Below the pieces are notes generated by a model. It was not told the origin of the DNA and did not search any database. It was given only the letters and a program-made list of their open reading frames with translations. Both the position numbers and the translations under genes were made by a program. Source: an uncultured Acidobacteriota bacterium (lineage in GTDB: Bacteria; Acidobacteriota; UBA6911). From it: 64,000 nucleotides of DNA. Below are positions 20,537-31,059 of this stretch, piece by piece (position 1 is the first letter of the stretch; each line of letters opens with the position of its first letter). The DNA lies in the NCBI GenBank assembly GCA_963843575.1, contig CAWJKZ010000015.1, forward strand, positions 128,001 through 192,000, in the 5' to 3' direction.

Positions 20537-21673
20537 TCATGCCACCTTTTGTCTCAACCTGCGGGTTGCGAGCAGGAAAACGAGCCCGCCGTAGGCGGCG
20601 AGCAGGGCCGTTTCGAACCAGAGGATTTCGATGCCCACGCCGCGCAGGAATATCCCCTTGAGGATCGTGACAAAGTAACGGGTGGGGAACACGTAGGTGA
20701 CGACCTGGATGGGCAAGGGCATGTTCTCGATCGAGAACACGAACCCGGAGAGCAGGAAGGCGGGGAGGAACGAGGTCAGCATAGCCAGCTGGTAGGCGAC
20801 GAGCTGGGTGCGTGCGAGCGCGGAGAGAAGGATGCCCCAGAACAGGGCGCCGACCAGGAAAAGCGAGCCGGTGAAGGCCAGCAGGAGGAGGCTCCCGGCC
20901 ATGGGCACCTGGAACACGCCGACACCGACCACGATGGTCAGCGTCATGTCCACGATCCCGAGGCCGAAGTACGCCGACATCTTCCCGAACGCCACTTCGG
21001 ACGGCCGCAGCGGGGTCGAGAGCAGCTGCTCCATGGTGCCCATCTCCCACTCGCGAGCCAGCGTCAGCGAGGTGAGCAGGGCTCCGATGATCATCAGGAT
21101 CAGGGCGATCAGCCCGGGGACGATGTAGTTTTTCGACTTGAGTTCGCTGTTGTACCAGATCCGCAGCCGGGCTTCGACCGGCGGAGGGGAGACGGGGGCG
21201 CCGGCCCGGGCGTTGAGCGCTTTCCCGCGCATCTCCGCGAAATAGGCCTGAAGGAGGGCGTTGGCGTAGCCCGAGGCGATCGAAGCGGTGTTCGAATCGC
21301 TGCCGTCGAAAATCAGCTGCACCTGAGCTTCGCGCCCGGCCAGCAGGTCGCGTGCGTAACCCCTCGGAACGACCAGGGCCATCATGCAGCTGCTGCGGTT
21401 GATCTCCCGTTCGACGGTCCGGTACGTTTCGGCCTCGCCGACTAGCTCGAAGTACCGCGATCCCTCGAAGCGCGAGACCAGCGCGCGGCTCTCCGGACTC
21501 CGGTCCGAGTCGTAGACGACGGTGGGGATGCGGTCCACGTCCAGGGTGAGGGCGTAGCCGAACAGCAGGATCATCAGCAGCGGGAGGGCGAGCGCGAGCG
21601 TGAGGCTGCGCGGATCCCGGACGATGTGCAGGAACTCCTTGTGGGCCACGGCCTTGGTCCGGCGGAGGTTCAT
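20537..21673 (-). CDS. ABC-2 type transporter permease (YbhS-like)
   Basis: MNLRRTKAVAHKEFLHIVRDPRS, AREWEMGTMEQLLSTP. Confidence 0.9.
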   Translation of the reverse strand: MNLRRTKAVAHKEFLHIVRDPRSLTLALALPLLMILLFGYALTLDVDRIPTVVYDSDRSPESRALVSRFEGSRYFELVGEAETYRTVEREINRSSCMMALVVPRGYARDLLAGREAQVQLIFDGSDSNTASIASGYANALLQAYFAEMRGKALNARAGAPVSPPPVEARLRIWYNSELKSKNYIVPGLIALILMIIGALLTSLTLAREWEMGTMEQLLSTPLRPSEVAFGKMSAYFGLGIVDMTLTIVVGVGVFQVPMAGSLLLLAFTGSLFLVGALFWGILLSALARTQLVAYQLAMLTSFLPAFLLSGFVFSIENMPLPIQVVTYVFPTRYFVTILKGIFLRGVGIEILWFETALLAAYGGLVFLLATRRLRQKVA

Positions 21674-22614
21674 GACGTCTTGCGCTCCTCCCGCTCGATC
21701 AGGGCCACGAACACGTCCTCCAGCGAAGGCGGGATGGGCTCGAAGCGCCGGATGGAAATTCCCGCCCGGGTCAGCGCGGCGCGCGCTGCGGCGCCGGCCG
21801 CCGCCGGCTCGTCGACGGTGACGTGCAGGCCGCCGCCGAACACCGCCACGTCCCCGATGCCGGGCACGCCGCGCAGCGCTTTCATGCTGGCCGACGTGTC
21901 GGAGGACTCCAGGACCATGAGGTTGCCTGCGCCGAAATCCCGCTTCATGTGGTCCGGGGTGCCGAGCGCGATGATGCGGCCGCGGTACATGAGGGCCAGC
22001 CGGTGGCAGTACTCGGCCTCGTCCATGTAATGGGTGGAGACAAACACCGTGTGGCCCGCGTCCGACAGCCGGTAGATGAGCTCCCAGAAGGTGCGCCGCG
22101 CGAGCGGGTCGACGCCCGACGTTGGCTCGTCCAGGAACAGGATCGGGGGCTGATGAAGGATGGCGCAGCCGAGCGCGAGGCGCTGCTTCCAGCCTCCGGC
22201 CAGTTCTCGGGTCATGGAGGAAGCCCGGTCTTCCAGCCCGGCCATGCGCAGCGCTTCGGCCTTGCGCTCGTTGCGGATCGCGCCGGGGACGCTGTAGACG
22301 CCGGCGAAGAAATCGAGGTTCTCCCCGACCGTCAGGTCGTCGTAGAGGGAAAACTTCTGGGACATGTAGCCTATGCTGCCCCGCACGGTTTCCGGTTTGC
22401 GGGCGACGTCGACCCCTCCGACAAGCGCCTGGCCGGCGGTGGGGACCAGCAGCCCGCAGAGCATCCGGATCGTGGTCGATTTCCCTGCGCCGTTCGGGCC
22501 CAGGAAGCCGAAGATCTCGCCCCGGGACACCTCGAACGAAACGTCGTCGACGGCGACAAACGTGCCGAACCGCTTGACGAGGCGCCTCACCTCCACGGCC
22601 ATCGCGGGGGTCAT
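21670..22614 (-). CDS. ABC transporter ATP-binding protein
   Basis: Walker A GPNGAGKST, LAGGWKQR, Walker B FLDEPTSG, H-loop STHY. Confidence 0.92.
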   Translation of the reverse strand: MTPAMAVEVRRLVKRFGTFVAVDDVSFEVSRGEIFGFLGPNGAGKSTTIRMLCGLLVPTAGQALVGGVDVARKPETVRGSIGYMSQKFSLYDDLTVGENLDFFAGVYSVPGAIRNERKAEALRMAGLEDRASSMTRELAGGWKQRLALGCAILHQPPILFLDEPTSGVDPLARRTFWELIYRLSDAGHTVFVSTHYMDEAEYCHRLALMYRGRIIALGTPDHMKRDFGAGNLMVLESSDTSASMKALRGVPGIGDVAVFGGGLHVTVDEPAAAGAAARAALTRAGISIRRFEPIPPSLEDVFVALIEREERKTS

Positions 22615-23567
22615 GGTTGTGCTCCGGGCGGTCTGTCCGTGTCCGCCCCCGCCTTCTGCACGAGCGCGATGAACACGTCTTCGAGCGACGGGACCATGCG
22701 GGCGAGGCGGGCGGGGCCGAGTCCACGGGCGTCGAGCGCCTCCTGCAGTTGCTCCGGTGTCGCGGGCCCCGGCGCCAGGAACAGGTGTAGGGACGATCCG
22801 GCAGGCTGGACGCTCAGTACCTGCGGGAGCGTCTCGAGGAAGGCCTTGGCAGCCCGCCGGTCCGGCGCGAGCACTTCGTAGCACGGTTCCTCCATCTGGG
22901 TGCGCAGCTGCTCGGGCGCGTCGCACCGTATGAGCCTCCCGCGGTACATCAGGCCGACGCGGTTGCAGCGCTCGGCCTCGTCGAGGTAGGCGGTCGCGAT
23001 GAGGACAGTCAGCCCGTCGTTGACGAGCTGGTAGAGGATGGCCCAGAAGTCGCGACGCGAGACCGGGTCGACGCCGTTGGTCGGCTCGTCGAGGAAAAGC
23101 ACCTGCGGGCGGTGCAGCAGGGTGCACATCAGGGCGAGCTTCTGCTTCATCCCGCCCGAGAGTTTCCCGGCGGGCCTGTTGCGGAACGGCTCCATCCGGG
23201 TCATCTGCAGCAGCCGCGGCATGAGCTCCTGCCGCTCGGCGCGGCTGATGCCGAACAGGTCGGCGTAAAAGAGCATGTTCTCCTGGACGGTGAGGTCGAC
23301 GTAGAGCCCGAAGCGCTGCGCCATGTAGCCGATACGGTCTTTCACCCCTTCGGGCTGCGCGCCGACGTCGAGCCCGGCGACCGACAGGGTGCCCCCGTCC
23401 GGATCCAGCAGGCCGCACAAAAGCCGCAGGGTGGTCGTCTTTCCCGCGCCGTCGGGGCCCACCAGCCCGAAGATCTCCCCTGGCGCGATGTCGAGGCTCA
23501 GGCCGTCGACGGCCGTGAGCCCGCCGAAGCGCCGCGTCAGGTCCCGGATCTGCACCATGGGCGGCAT
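22611..23567 (-). CDS. ABC transporter ATP-binding protein
   Basis: GPDGAGKTT, LSGGMKQK, FLDEPTNGVD; with the next gene it corresponds to a split YbhF-like double ATPase. Confidence 0.92.
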   Translation of the reverse strand: MPPMVQIRDLTRRFGGLTAVDGLSLDIAPGEIFGLVGPDGAGKTTTLRLLCGLLDPDGGTLSVAGLDVGAQPEGVKDRIGYMAQRFGLYVDLTVQENMLFYADLFGISRAERQELMPRLLQMTRMEPFRNRPAGKLSGGMKQKLALMCTLLHRPQVLFLDEPTNGVDPVSRRDFWAILYQLVNDGLTVLIATAYLDEAERCNRVGLMYRGRLIRCDAPEQLRTQMEEPCYEVLAPDRRAAKAFLETLPQVLSVQPAGSSLHLFLAPGPATPEQLQEALDARGLGPARLARMVPSLEDVFIALVQKAGADTDRPPGAQP

Positions 23568-23571
23568 CGCT

Positions 23572-24762
23572 TCACCTGCCCCCGCCCAATAGGATTTCGG
23601 CGTCGGCGGGCATGTTCAGTTTCAGCTCGTGCTGCGGGTTCTCGATGTCGATCTTGATGCGGTAGACCAGCTTGACCCTCTCCTCGGGGGTCTGGATCTG
23701 TTTGGGCGTGAACTCGGCCTCCGACGCGATGAACGACACGCGGCCGCCGTACGCCTTGCCGGGGTACGAGTCGGTCGTCACCCGGACCGGCGCGCCCAGT
23801 TTGACCCGGCCCAAGTCCTGCTCCCGGATGTAGGCGCGCAGCCAAGGCTTGTTCATCTCCCCGAGGGTGAGCAGGGTGGTTCCCGCCGCCACGACCTCGC
23901 CGGCTTCGGCCGACTTGACCAAGACCACGCCGTTGATGGGCGAGTGGATGACCGTGTCGGCCAGCTGAGACTCGACGACGGCCACCTGGGCGCGGGCCTG
24001 TTCGGCCTGGGCCTTGCGGGTCGTCAGCTCCTGCTGCCTGCGCTTCAGCTCGATGCGCGCCGCCTCGGCGAGCTGCACGGCGGCGCGCGCCTGCCCGACC
24101 TGCGCGCGGGCGGCCTCGATCGTTTCCTGGCGCGGCCCGGCCTTGACGAGCGAGAGCTGCTCCTCGGCCCTCTTGAGCGCCGCGCCGGTCGCGTCGAAAC
24201 GGGCCCGGAACTGGTCGCGCTGGGCCGTAGATATGTCGTCGGTCTTGTAGAGCGCCTGGGCACGCTCCCAATCCTGGGCGGCCAGCGCCTGCTGGGTGCG
24301 CGCCTCGTCGGCCGCCGCCGTTGCCTGTCGGATCTCCTGTTCGCGGGACCCGGCCAGCAGCTCCGCCAGCCTCGCCTCGGCCTGCGCGAGCGCCGCCTTC
24401 CGCGCCTGGACATCGGCCTCCAGGGTGGCCCGCTGGTAATCGACGGCCGTGCCCTGCTGCGCCGTCTGCGAGTCGGCGACGGCGACACCGGCCTCGTTCA
24501 GGGTGCGCTGCTTCTGGAGCTGGTCGGCGTCCAGCCGGGCCAGCAGCGTTCCCTGGCGCACCTCCGTCCCTTCCTCGGCTGCGAGCTCGATCAGCCTGCC
24601 CGGCAGTTTGAAGGCGATGTCGACCTGGGTGAGCTCGATGTTACCGGAGAGGAGGATCCTGTCGGTGCTGCCCCCACGCCACCAGCGGCAGCCTGCCGGG
24701 AACATGCTCCAGAGCAGGGCCAGCCCGAGGAGTGGGAGGGCTCGGAGGGTCTTCGGCTTCAT
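23572..24762 (-). CDS. HlyD family membrane fusion protein (YbhG-like)
   Basis: LSGNIEL...coiled coil...SEAEFTPKQIQTPEERVKLVYRIKI. Confidence 0.9.
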   Translation of the reverse strand: MKPKTLRALPLLGLALLWSMFPAGCRWWRGGSTDRILLSGNIELTQVDIAFKLPGRLIELAAEEGTEVRQGTLLARLDADQLQKQRTLNEAGVAVADSQTAQQGTAVDYQRATLEADVQARKAALAQAEARLAELLAGSREQEIRQATAAADEARTQQALAAQDWERAQALYKTDDISTAQRDQFRARFDATGAALKRAEEQLSLVKAGPRQETIEAARAQVGQARAAVQLAEAARIELKRRQQELTTRKAQAEQARAQVAVVESQLADTVIHSPINGVVLVKSAEAGEVVAAGTTLLTLGEMNKPWLRAYIREQDLGRVKLGAPVRVTTDSYPGKAYGGRVSFIASEAEFTPKQIQTPEERVKLVYRIKIDIENPQHELKLNMPADAEILLGGGR

Positions 24763-24805
24763 GGTATCTCCTTGTCCCGGGGGAGACCCCGGACTGCGTC
24801 CCGTG

Positions 24806-26176
24806 TCATTGCGTGATGTCGCGGATCGTGCCCATGGCGGTGTGCAGGTCGACCCGGGCCACGTTGTAGCCGTAGAGCGCCAGGATCCGGTTCTCCCGCG
24901 CCCGCGCCAGGCGGGTCTGGGCGTCGGTCAGCTCGATGCTGCTTCCGAGGCCGGCCTCGTAGCGGCGTTGCGCGTGCGCCACCTCGTCCTCGGCGAGCGC
25001 CTGCCCCTCCTCCGCCGTCCTCAACTGCTCTTCCGACGACTTCAGGGTGTCGAGGGCCACCCGGATCTCCATCTCGATCTGCAGGGCGAGGTCGCGCGTC
25101 CGGACCTGTTCCTGCCGCAGCAGAGAGGCCGTCTCGGCGCGCCGCGCGTCGCGCCGGCCGCCGTCGAAGACGGGGACGCGGACGGCCACGCCGATCGTGC
25201 GGGTCGGGAGCGCGTTGTCGGCGGAGGTCCCGATGGCACCGTAATCGCCGAAAAGGCTCACGGCCGGGACCCGCTCCAGCGCGGTCGCGCTCCGGTTCAG
25301 CCGCGCCATGTCCTCGCGTTTCTTCTGGGCCCGGTAGTCGGAGCGCGACTCGAGCGCCGTCCGGAGCCGCTCGGCGGCCGGGTGCGGCTCGACCGGGACG
25401 AACGACAGGGGGTCGGTGAGCTCGACGTCCCGGTCGAGGGCGATCCCCATGGTCCGCAGCATCAGCAGCCCGGCCCGCGTCCGGTTGTTTTGCGCGACCA
25501 GCAGCCGCTGGCGCGCGTCGGCCAGCTGGACGCGCGCCCGGGTCACCTCGATGCCGGTGCCCGTGCCCGCCTCCTTCTGGTCCGCGGCGGTCTTGAGCAC
25601 CGCCTCGGCGAGGCTCACGTCCGCGGAGGCCGCGCGGACGCTGGCCTCGGCCCGCACCCCCCCGAGGTAGGCGCGGGCGACTTGATCGCGCACCTGGTCG
25701 TGCGCGCTGTCCTGTTCCGCCTCCGCCTGCCCGACCCCGGCGCGCGACGCCTGGTAGCGCCGGACCGCCCCGAGGTCGAATACCGTCTGGCTGGCCGTGG
25801 CGCGCGCGTCGAAGATGCTGAACGGCCCGACAAAGGTCGGGCTCTGGAAGCCCGGGATCGGGATCTGCAGCCTGATTCCGAAGGCGGCGAGGTTCCGCGT
25901 GACGCTCTGCTCGGCCACGGAGCCCTCGATGTTCGGGAGGAGCGCCGCCCTGGACTGGCGCGCGCGCGACTCCGCCTGCCGGATGAACTCCTCGGCGATC
26001 GTGGCGCGGGCGCTGCCGTCGGGGCCGAGCGCGACGGCCACCGCCTGCTTCAGGCTCAGCTGGAGCACGGGGCGCCCGGATCCGGGTTCGGCCGGGGTGG
26101 GCGGTTGCTGCGCTGGAGCCGGGGACGCCGGCAGCAGGAGTGTGCAGGTCAGAAGCTTGGCGATTCTCGGATTCAT
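24806..26176 (-). CDS. TolC family outer-membrane efflux protein
   Basis: Signal peptide; LSLKQAVAVAL, ARAYL, RYEAGLGSSIELTDAQ motifs. Confidence 0.88.
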   Translation of the reverse strand: MNPRIAKLLTCTLLLPASPAPAQQPPTPAEPGSGRPVLQLSLKQAVAVALGPDGSARATIAEEFIRQAESRARQSRAALLPNIEGSVAEQSVTRNLAAFGIRLQIPIPGFQSPTFVGPFSIFDARATASQTVFDLGAVRRYQASRAGVGQAEAEQDSAHDQVRDQVARAYLGGVRAEASVRAASADVSLAEAVLKTAADQKEAGTGTGIEVTRARVQLADARQRLLVAQNNRTRAGLLMLRTMGIALDRDVELTDPLSFVPVEPHPAAERLRTALESRSDYRAQKKREDMARLNRSATALERVPAVSLFGDYGAIGTSADNALPTRTIGVAVRVPVFDGGRRDARRAETASLLRQEQVRTRDLALQIEMEIRVALDTLKSSEEQLRTAEEGQALAEDEVAHAQRRYEAGLGSSIELTDAQTRLARARENRILALYGYNVARVDLHTAMGTIRDITQ

Positions 26177-26182
26177 AGGCGC

Positions 26183-26896
26183 CTACCGTCCGGAGGTCCG
26201 GGAATTGAGTGTGTCGCGACGGGGGCGGGAGCGCGCGTGCGCAGGACGCCTCCCGGGCGTGCGCTTGCGGTTGCGCGCGCCGGCTGGCGGGCTTTCCATG
26301 CCCCCCTCGATGAAGGCGACCAGCATCTTCACCGCAGTCTCCACGTCGCCCGGGTCGCAGGTGCCCCCCGAGACCAGCCGCAGCAGGTCCGGGGCTGCGA
26401 GGGTGTGGGCCATGGCCCCGATGGCAAAAAAGACGCGCCAGATGCGCTCGACGTCGGAAAGGCCCGGCAGCGCGCGCCGGAACGCGGCGACAAACCGGCC
26501 CGAGAGTTCCCGTACCTCCTCGGCCAGCATCGGAAAGCCCCCGGGGTCGGAATACATGCGACCCAGCAGGACTCCGAAACCCGTCGTGCCGGGGTCGCCG
26601 GCCAGGCGGAGCGGCGGTTCGAGCAGCCCCCGGACCAGTTGCGCTACCGGCACCGGTCCGTCCCCCGCCGCCGCCTCGAGCTCGTCCAGGAGCCGGAGGC
26701 GTTCGCGGTTCAACTGCCCGAGCCGGCGCCTGAACAACGCGCCGATCAGCGCCTCCTTCGAGTTGAAGTGGTAGTTGACGGCCGCGAGGTTGACCCCGGC
26801 CCGGGCCGTGATGGCGCGCAGCGAGCTGCCGTCGTAGCCGCGCTCGGCAAACAACCCCTCCGCGGCGTCGAGGATCCGTTCCTTGGTGGAGCTCAT
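26183..26896 (-). CDS. TetR/AcrR family transcriptional regulator (PsrA-like)
   Basis: TKERILDAAEGLFAERGYDGSSLRAITARAGVNLAAVNYHFNSKEAL helix-turn-helix. Confidence 0.92.
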   Translation of the reverse strand: MSSTKERILDAAEGLFAERGYDGSSLRAITARAGVNLAAVNYHFNSKEALIGALFRRRLGQLNRERLRLLDELEAAAGDGPVPVAQLVRGLLEPPLRLAGDPGTTGFGVLLGRMYSDPGGFPMLAEEVRELSGRFVAAFRRALPGLSDVERIWRVFFAIGAMAHTLAAPDLLRLVSGGTCDPGDVETAVKMLVAFIEGGMESPPAGARNRKRTPGRRPAHARSRPRRDTLNSRTSGR

Positions 26897-26924
26897 CGGT
26901 TACTCTCCGGCCCGAACGACCGTA

Positions 26925-26967
26925 TCAAACATACGTTTGAATAAAACAAACGTATGTCTCCTGTCAA
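26925..26967 (-). promoter_or_regulatory. TetR operator palindromes overlapping a sigma70 promoter
   Basis: TCAAAC-ATAC-GTTTGA (26925-26940) and CATACGTTTG-N7-CAAACGTATG; TTGACA on the minus strand at 26962-26967. Confidence 0.7.
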
Positions 26968-26986
26968 GAGAAAAACACGCAAACAC

Positions 26987-27154
26987 GTGGGTCCCGGGCT
27001 GAAGAGGCTGTCCAACGGTTGAACCCCCCGCCCTGCCCATCAAACAAGTGGGTCCGGGCTTCAGCCCGGACCCAGTTTGCAGTTGCCATGCAGGGGCAGG
27101 TGGAGCTTATGGAACGGATTTAAAGACGTCCGGGCTGAAGCCCGGACCCACTTG
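26987..27154. repeat. REPIN doublet, family A, plus linker unit
   Basis: Inverted REP pair at 27045-27154, preceded by the reverse complement of the ccgttggacagcctcttcag linker found in the 46.5-kb array. Confidence 0.85.
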
Positions 27155-27186
27155 TGGTTTGCCGTGCACTCGATGGCGCCCGCATA

Positions 27187-29334
27187 CTACAGGTAGAGGC
27201 GGTAGGTGATCTTGAAGATCGCGGCGCGCTGGCTCAGCATCCAGCCGCCGGCCCGGTCGAGCTGGCGCTCGTTGAAGACCAGGTACACGTTCGAATCCCT
27301 GGCGTAGATGACGCGCAGCAGGATGTTGGCCGAGAACTCCCGGGTGATGCTGTTCCACTGCAGCAGCCCGCTGATGCCGAGGTTGGGGTTGTGGTCGTAG
27401 CCGACCCGGACGCGGGCGACCGACGTCGAAAAACCGCCGGTCGGCAGGCGCACCCGGTTGTACTCGTACTGCCAGGTCGTCCGGAACCGGGGGGAGAACT
27501 GCACCGTGTTCGACAGCAGCGCGGTCTGCTCGGTGCCGTTGTAAAAGCTCCCCCATGAGCATTCCGCGCGGCCGTACACGCGGCGGCTGTTGGCGGAGGT
27601 GAAATCCAGGGTCGTCCGCTGGAAGCCGTAAGGGGCGAGGGGGATCGTCACCTCGGGCATGATGCGGAAATCCTCGGTCAGCTGTTCGAACTGCCGGGAG
27701 TATGCGGCGCCGAAGTGGGCGCCCGAGGGGAGGACGTTACTGGCCTCCACGGCGGCCACGCGCGTCAGCAGCCGTCCTCCCGTGTCGGTGAGATAGGAGA
27801 TGCCGGCCGTGAGGTCGACGTTGCGGCTCCAGCCCCGGTTGAAGCGATGCCGGTGCCGGCCGACGCCCTCGGCCGACCGGATGTCGCGCCGCCGCACGTA
27901 ACCGATGCCGGGGTCGAAGCCCGCGCCGACGGTTTTCTCGGAAAGGGTCAGGCCCCACGAGTCGGTCTGGTAATCGAGCGAGGCGAGGTGCGCCGTGCCG
28001 TCCGGGTCCGTCCCGCTGTTGACCGTCGAAGCCACGAAACCCTTGAACTGGAGCGTCGGGGAGAGCCACAGGCTGGTGTCCAGCCCATACGCGCGGTTCT
28101 CGTACCTGGTGTTGTCGGCATTGGTGAAGATCGCGCCGACGGTCGACCGGCCGCGCAGGCCCCGGCGCAGCCGGACGACCGAGTAGTTGGTGGCAGGCTG
28201 GTCGGGCGATTCCTTAGTCTGCATGTTCATGACGCCCACGTCGTACCTGCCGGCTTTCCCGGTGAGCCGCGCGCCGCCGAAGATGGGTACCTCGTGCCCG
28301 TTCGCGATCCCGATCCTGCGGCTGAAGAAGAGCTGCGTGTCGGCGGCAACGCCAAAATCAAAGACGCTGGCCGATTCCAGGAAAAACTCGCGCTTCTCGG
28401 GGAAAAACAGGCTGAACCGCGTGAGGTTCACCTGGGTCTCGTCGGCCTCCACCTGCGCGAAATCGGTGTTGGCCGTCAGGTCGAGCGTCATGTTCGAGCC
28501 CAACACGTACTTGACGTCGAGGCTGGGTTCGACGTCGTACCGGGCGCGCTCGAGCCCCTCGGCCTGCAGCCTCGTCGGGACCAGCGCCGGGATCGCCTGC
28601 AGGTTCCGCTGCTGGGCGAGGTCCGCGAAACCCGACAGGTTGCCGGCATACCCGAGGTGCGAGACGTCGTACTGGGTCGGCACCGGTGACCAGTAATCCC
28701 ACTCCTGCTTGTGCTGGATGCGGCGCTGCACGTTGAAGCCCCAGACGTCGCGCCCGGGCTGGAAGCGCAGCACGCGCACCGGGATCCGAAACTCGGCGCA
28801 CCAGCCGTCGGGCTGCAGCGACGAGTGCACATCCCAGACCTCGTCCCAGTTGTTGTTGAACCCCTTGAACCCGTCCACCTGGGTGTCGTGTTTGGCGCCG
28901 TTGGCGTTGGTGAGAAATATGAACCCGCGCAGGTGATCGTGAAAGGTGTCGAAGATCACCTCGATCGTGTCGTCCTGCGGCAGGTTGTCGTGCCGCCGGA
29001 TCTTGTTCCGCCTTATGGATCTCGGCTCCTGGTACATGTAGGCGCCGACGTAGATGTAGCGATCGTCCCGCATGATCCGGACGACCGTTTCGTCGGAAGC
29101 CTTCTCCCCGTTGTAGGGCACCCTTTGGGTGAAATCCCCGAGCACGGTCGCATCCAGCCACGCGGCGTCGGTGAGGACGCCGTCGATCACCGGGGCCCGG
29201 GACGTCCGGGAAATCGCCGCGGACCGGTTCGGCGCATCCGCCGCAGGGGCCTGGCCGCAGAAACCCGCGGCATGTTCCCAGAGAAGCGCCAGCAGCAGCG
29301 TACACAGCAAGTTCCTGAAACCGACCACGTGCAC
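27187..29334 (-). CDS. CBM9-like sugar-binding domain plus DUF5916 predicted outer-membrane protein
   Basis: APVIDGVLTDAAW, GWCAEFRIP, NTDFAQVEAD, RFSLFFPEKREFFLE, C-terminal KITYRLYL; start codon uncertain. Confidence 0.8.
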   Translation of the reverse strand: MHVVGFRNLLCTLLLALLWEHAAGFCGQAPAADAPNRSAAISRTSRAPVIDGVLTDAAWLDATVLGDFTQRVPYNGEKASDETVVRIMRDDRYIYVGAYMYQEPRSIRRNKIRRHDNLPQDDTIEVIFDTFHDHLRGFIFLTNANGAKHDTQVDGFKGFNNNWDEVWDVHSSLQPDGWCAEFRIPVRVLRFQPGRDVWGFNVQRRIQHKQEWDYWSPVPTQYDVSHLGYAGNLSGFADLAQQRNLQAIPALVPTRLQAEGLERARYDVEPSLDVKYVLGSNMTLDLTANTDFAQVEADETQVNLTRFSLFFPEKREFFLESASVFDFGVAADTQLFFSRRIGIANGHEVPIFGGARLTGKAGRYDVGVMNMQTKESPDQPATNYSVVRLRRGLRGRSTVGAIFTNADNTRYENRAYGLDTSLWLSPTLQFKGFVASTVNSGTDPDGTAHLASLDYQTDSWGLTLSEKTVGAGFDPGIGYVRRRDIRSAEGVGRHRHRFNRGWSRNVDLTAGISYLTDTGGRLLTRVAAVEASNVLPSGAHFGAAYSRQFEQLTEDFRIMPEVTIPLAPYGFQRTTLDFTSANSRRVYGRAECSWGSFYNGTEQTALLSNTVQFSPRFRTTWQYEYNRVRLPTGGFSTSVARVRVGYDHNPNLGISGLLQWNSITREFSANILLRVIYARDSNVYLVFNERQLDRAGGWMLSQRAAIFKITYRLYL

Positions 29335-29451
29335 CCGCCCGTCAATGAGATCGGCGTCGATCTTCCTACAGTTGGGCAAGGAATCGCAACAAAAAGTACG
29401 GAAAAATAAGCACATGCGGAAGCAGGCCGCCGCGCCGAAGACGCGCGCACT

Positions 29452-29495
29452 CAAGTGGGTCCGGGCTGACGTAAACCGGCCCGGTTCCCATCTTT
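29452..29495. repeat. Degenerate, collapsed family A REP
   Basis: caagtgggtccgggctgacgtaaaccggcccggttcccatc. Confidence 0.5.
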
Positions 29496-29595
29496 GCAAA
29501 TGCTCGCACGGCCGATCGCGGGATCCGCCGGCCAACCCAATCTTGTGGATTTTCGGGGTGCTCCGGACGAGAATGGCTCATCCTGGAGGGGTGCC

Positions 29596-30955
29596 ATGGC
29601 AGAACGGAAATCCACGTCGGACGGTGCGGGGAGCATGCCCCGCCGCGAGTTCGTAAAAAAGACTTCGCTCCTGGCGGTGGGCGGGGCGGTGACGCAGTTC
29701 CCGTACGTCGTCACGGGGCACGCCGAGCCGGACGATCCGATCCGGGTCGGCGTGATCGGTTGCGGCGGGCGCGGCACGGGTGCGGCGCTCAACATCCTGG
29801 GCGCGCAGACGAGGGTTGTCTATCCGCGGACGGGCTACCACACGGAGAACGCCCTCCCGAATGCGCGGGTACAGGTGGAGAACGTGAAGGTGACGGCGCT
29901 GGCCGACCTGTTTCGAGACCGGCTGGATCATTGCCGGACGCAGCTGGCCGCAGTGGGCAACCCCGTTGCCGAAGACCACTGCTTCTCCGGGCTTCGACGC
30001 CTACAAGAAGCTGACGCATGCTCCCGGATGTGAATTACGTCATCCTCGCCACCCCGCCGCATTTCCGCCCTGCGACGCTGCGCGCCGCGGTCGAGGGCGG
30101 GCAAGCACGTGTTCATGGAAAAGCCGCTGGCCGTGGACGGTCCGGGCGTGCGCTCGGTCATCGAATCGGCCGAAATTGCCACGAAAAAGGGGCTGGGCAT
30201 CGCCTGCGGCGCCCAGCGACGGCACCAGTCGAGCTATGTCGAGGCGGCGCAGAGGATCCGCGACGGTGCCATCGGCGAGATCGTCGAGTGCCGCGCTTAC
30301 TGGAACGGCGGGGGATTGTGGGTGATCGCGCGCCAGCCCGGCTGGTCCGACATGGAGTGGCAGCTTCGCAACTGGAACTATTTCACCTGGCTGTCGGGCG
30401 ATCACATCGTCGAGCAGCACCTGCACAACTACGACGTCATCAACTGGATCCTGGGCAAGCCGCCGGTCAAGGCCACCAGCCTCGGCGGCCGCCAGGTGCG
30501 CACCGCCCCGGAGTACGGCAACGTTTTCGACCATTTCGCCACCGAGTTCGAGTACGACAACGGCATGCGGCTCTTCAGCCAGTGCCGCCAGATCGACGGC
30601 TGCTCCGGGTAACGTGAGCGAAGCCATGGTGGGGACCAAAGGGACGACAAACTGCAGGGACTCGATCAAGGGGGCGCAGGAGTGGCGCTACGGCGGGCCC
30701 AATCCCAACCCGTACGAGGTGGAGCACGCGGAACTGATCGCGAGCATCAGGGCCGGCAAACCGCTGAACGAGGCTCGTTCCGTCGCCGAAAGCACTCTGA
30801 TGGGGATCATGGCGCGCAATTCGGCCTACACCGGGCAGACCCTGACCTGGGAGCAGGTCCTCAATTCCAAGCAGGATCTGTCGCCGCCGAATTACGAGTT
30901 CGGCGACCTGCCGATAGCCCCGGTGCCCGTGCCGGGATCGTACACCTTCGAATGA
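29596..30955 (+). CDS. Tat-exported Gfo/Idh/MocA oxidoreductase; four +1 frameshifts (about 29990, 30017, 30096, 30608), probably sequence errors
   Basis: PRREFVK signal; GVIGCGGRGTG; successive frames give GFDAYKKL / VILATPPHFRP / FMEKP...WLSGDHIVEQHLH / GIMARNSAYTG; clear paralogue of 1994-3346. Confidence 0.85.
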
Positions 30956-31059
30956 CTTGGAGATGCGGCGCCAAAGTCGTTTTTGGATGCCCCGAAAATC
31001 AAAAGCCCGCCACGGAAGATACGGACGGACGAGTCCGACCTCGTCGGCCGCACTCCAGG

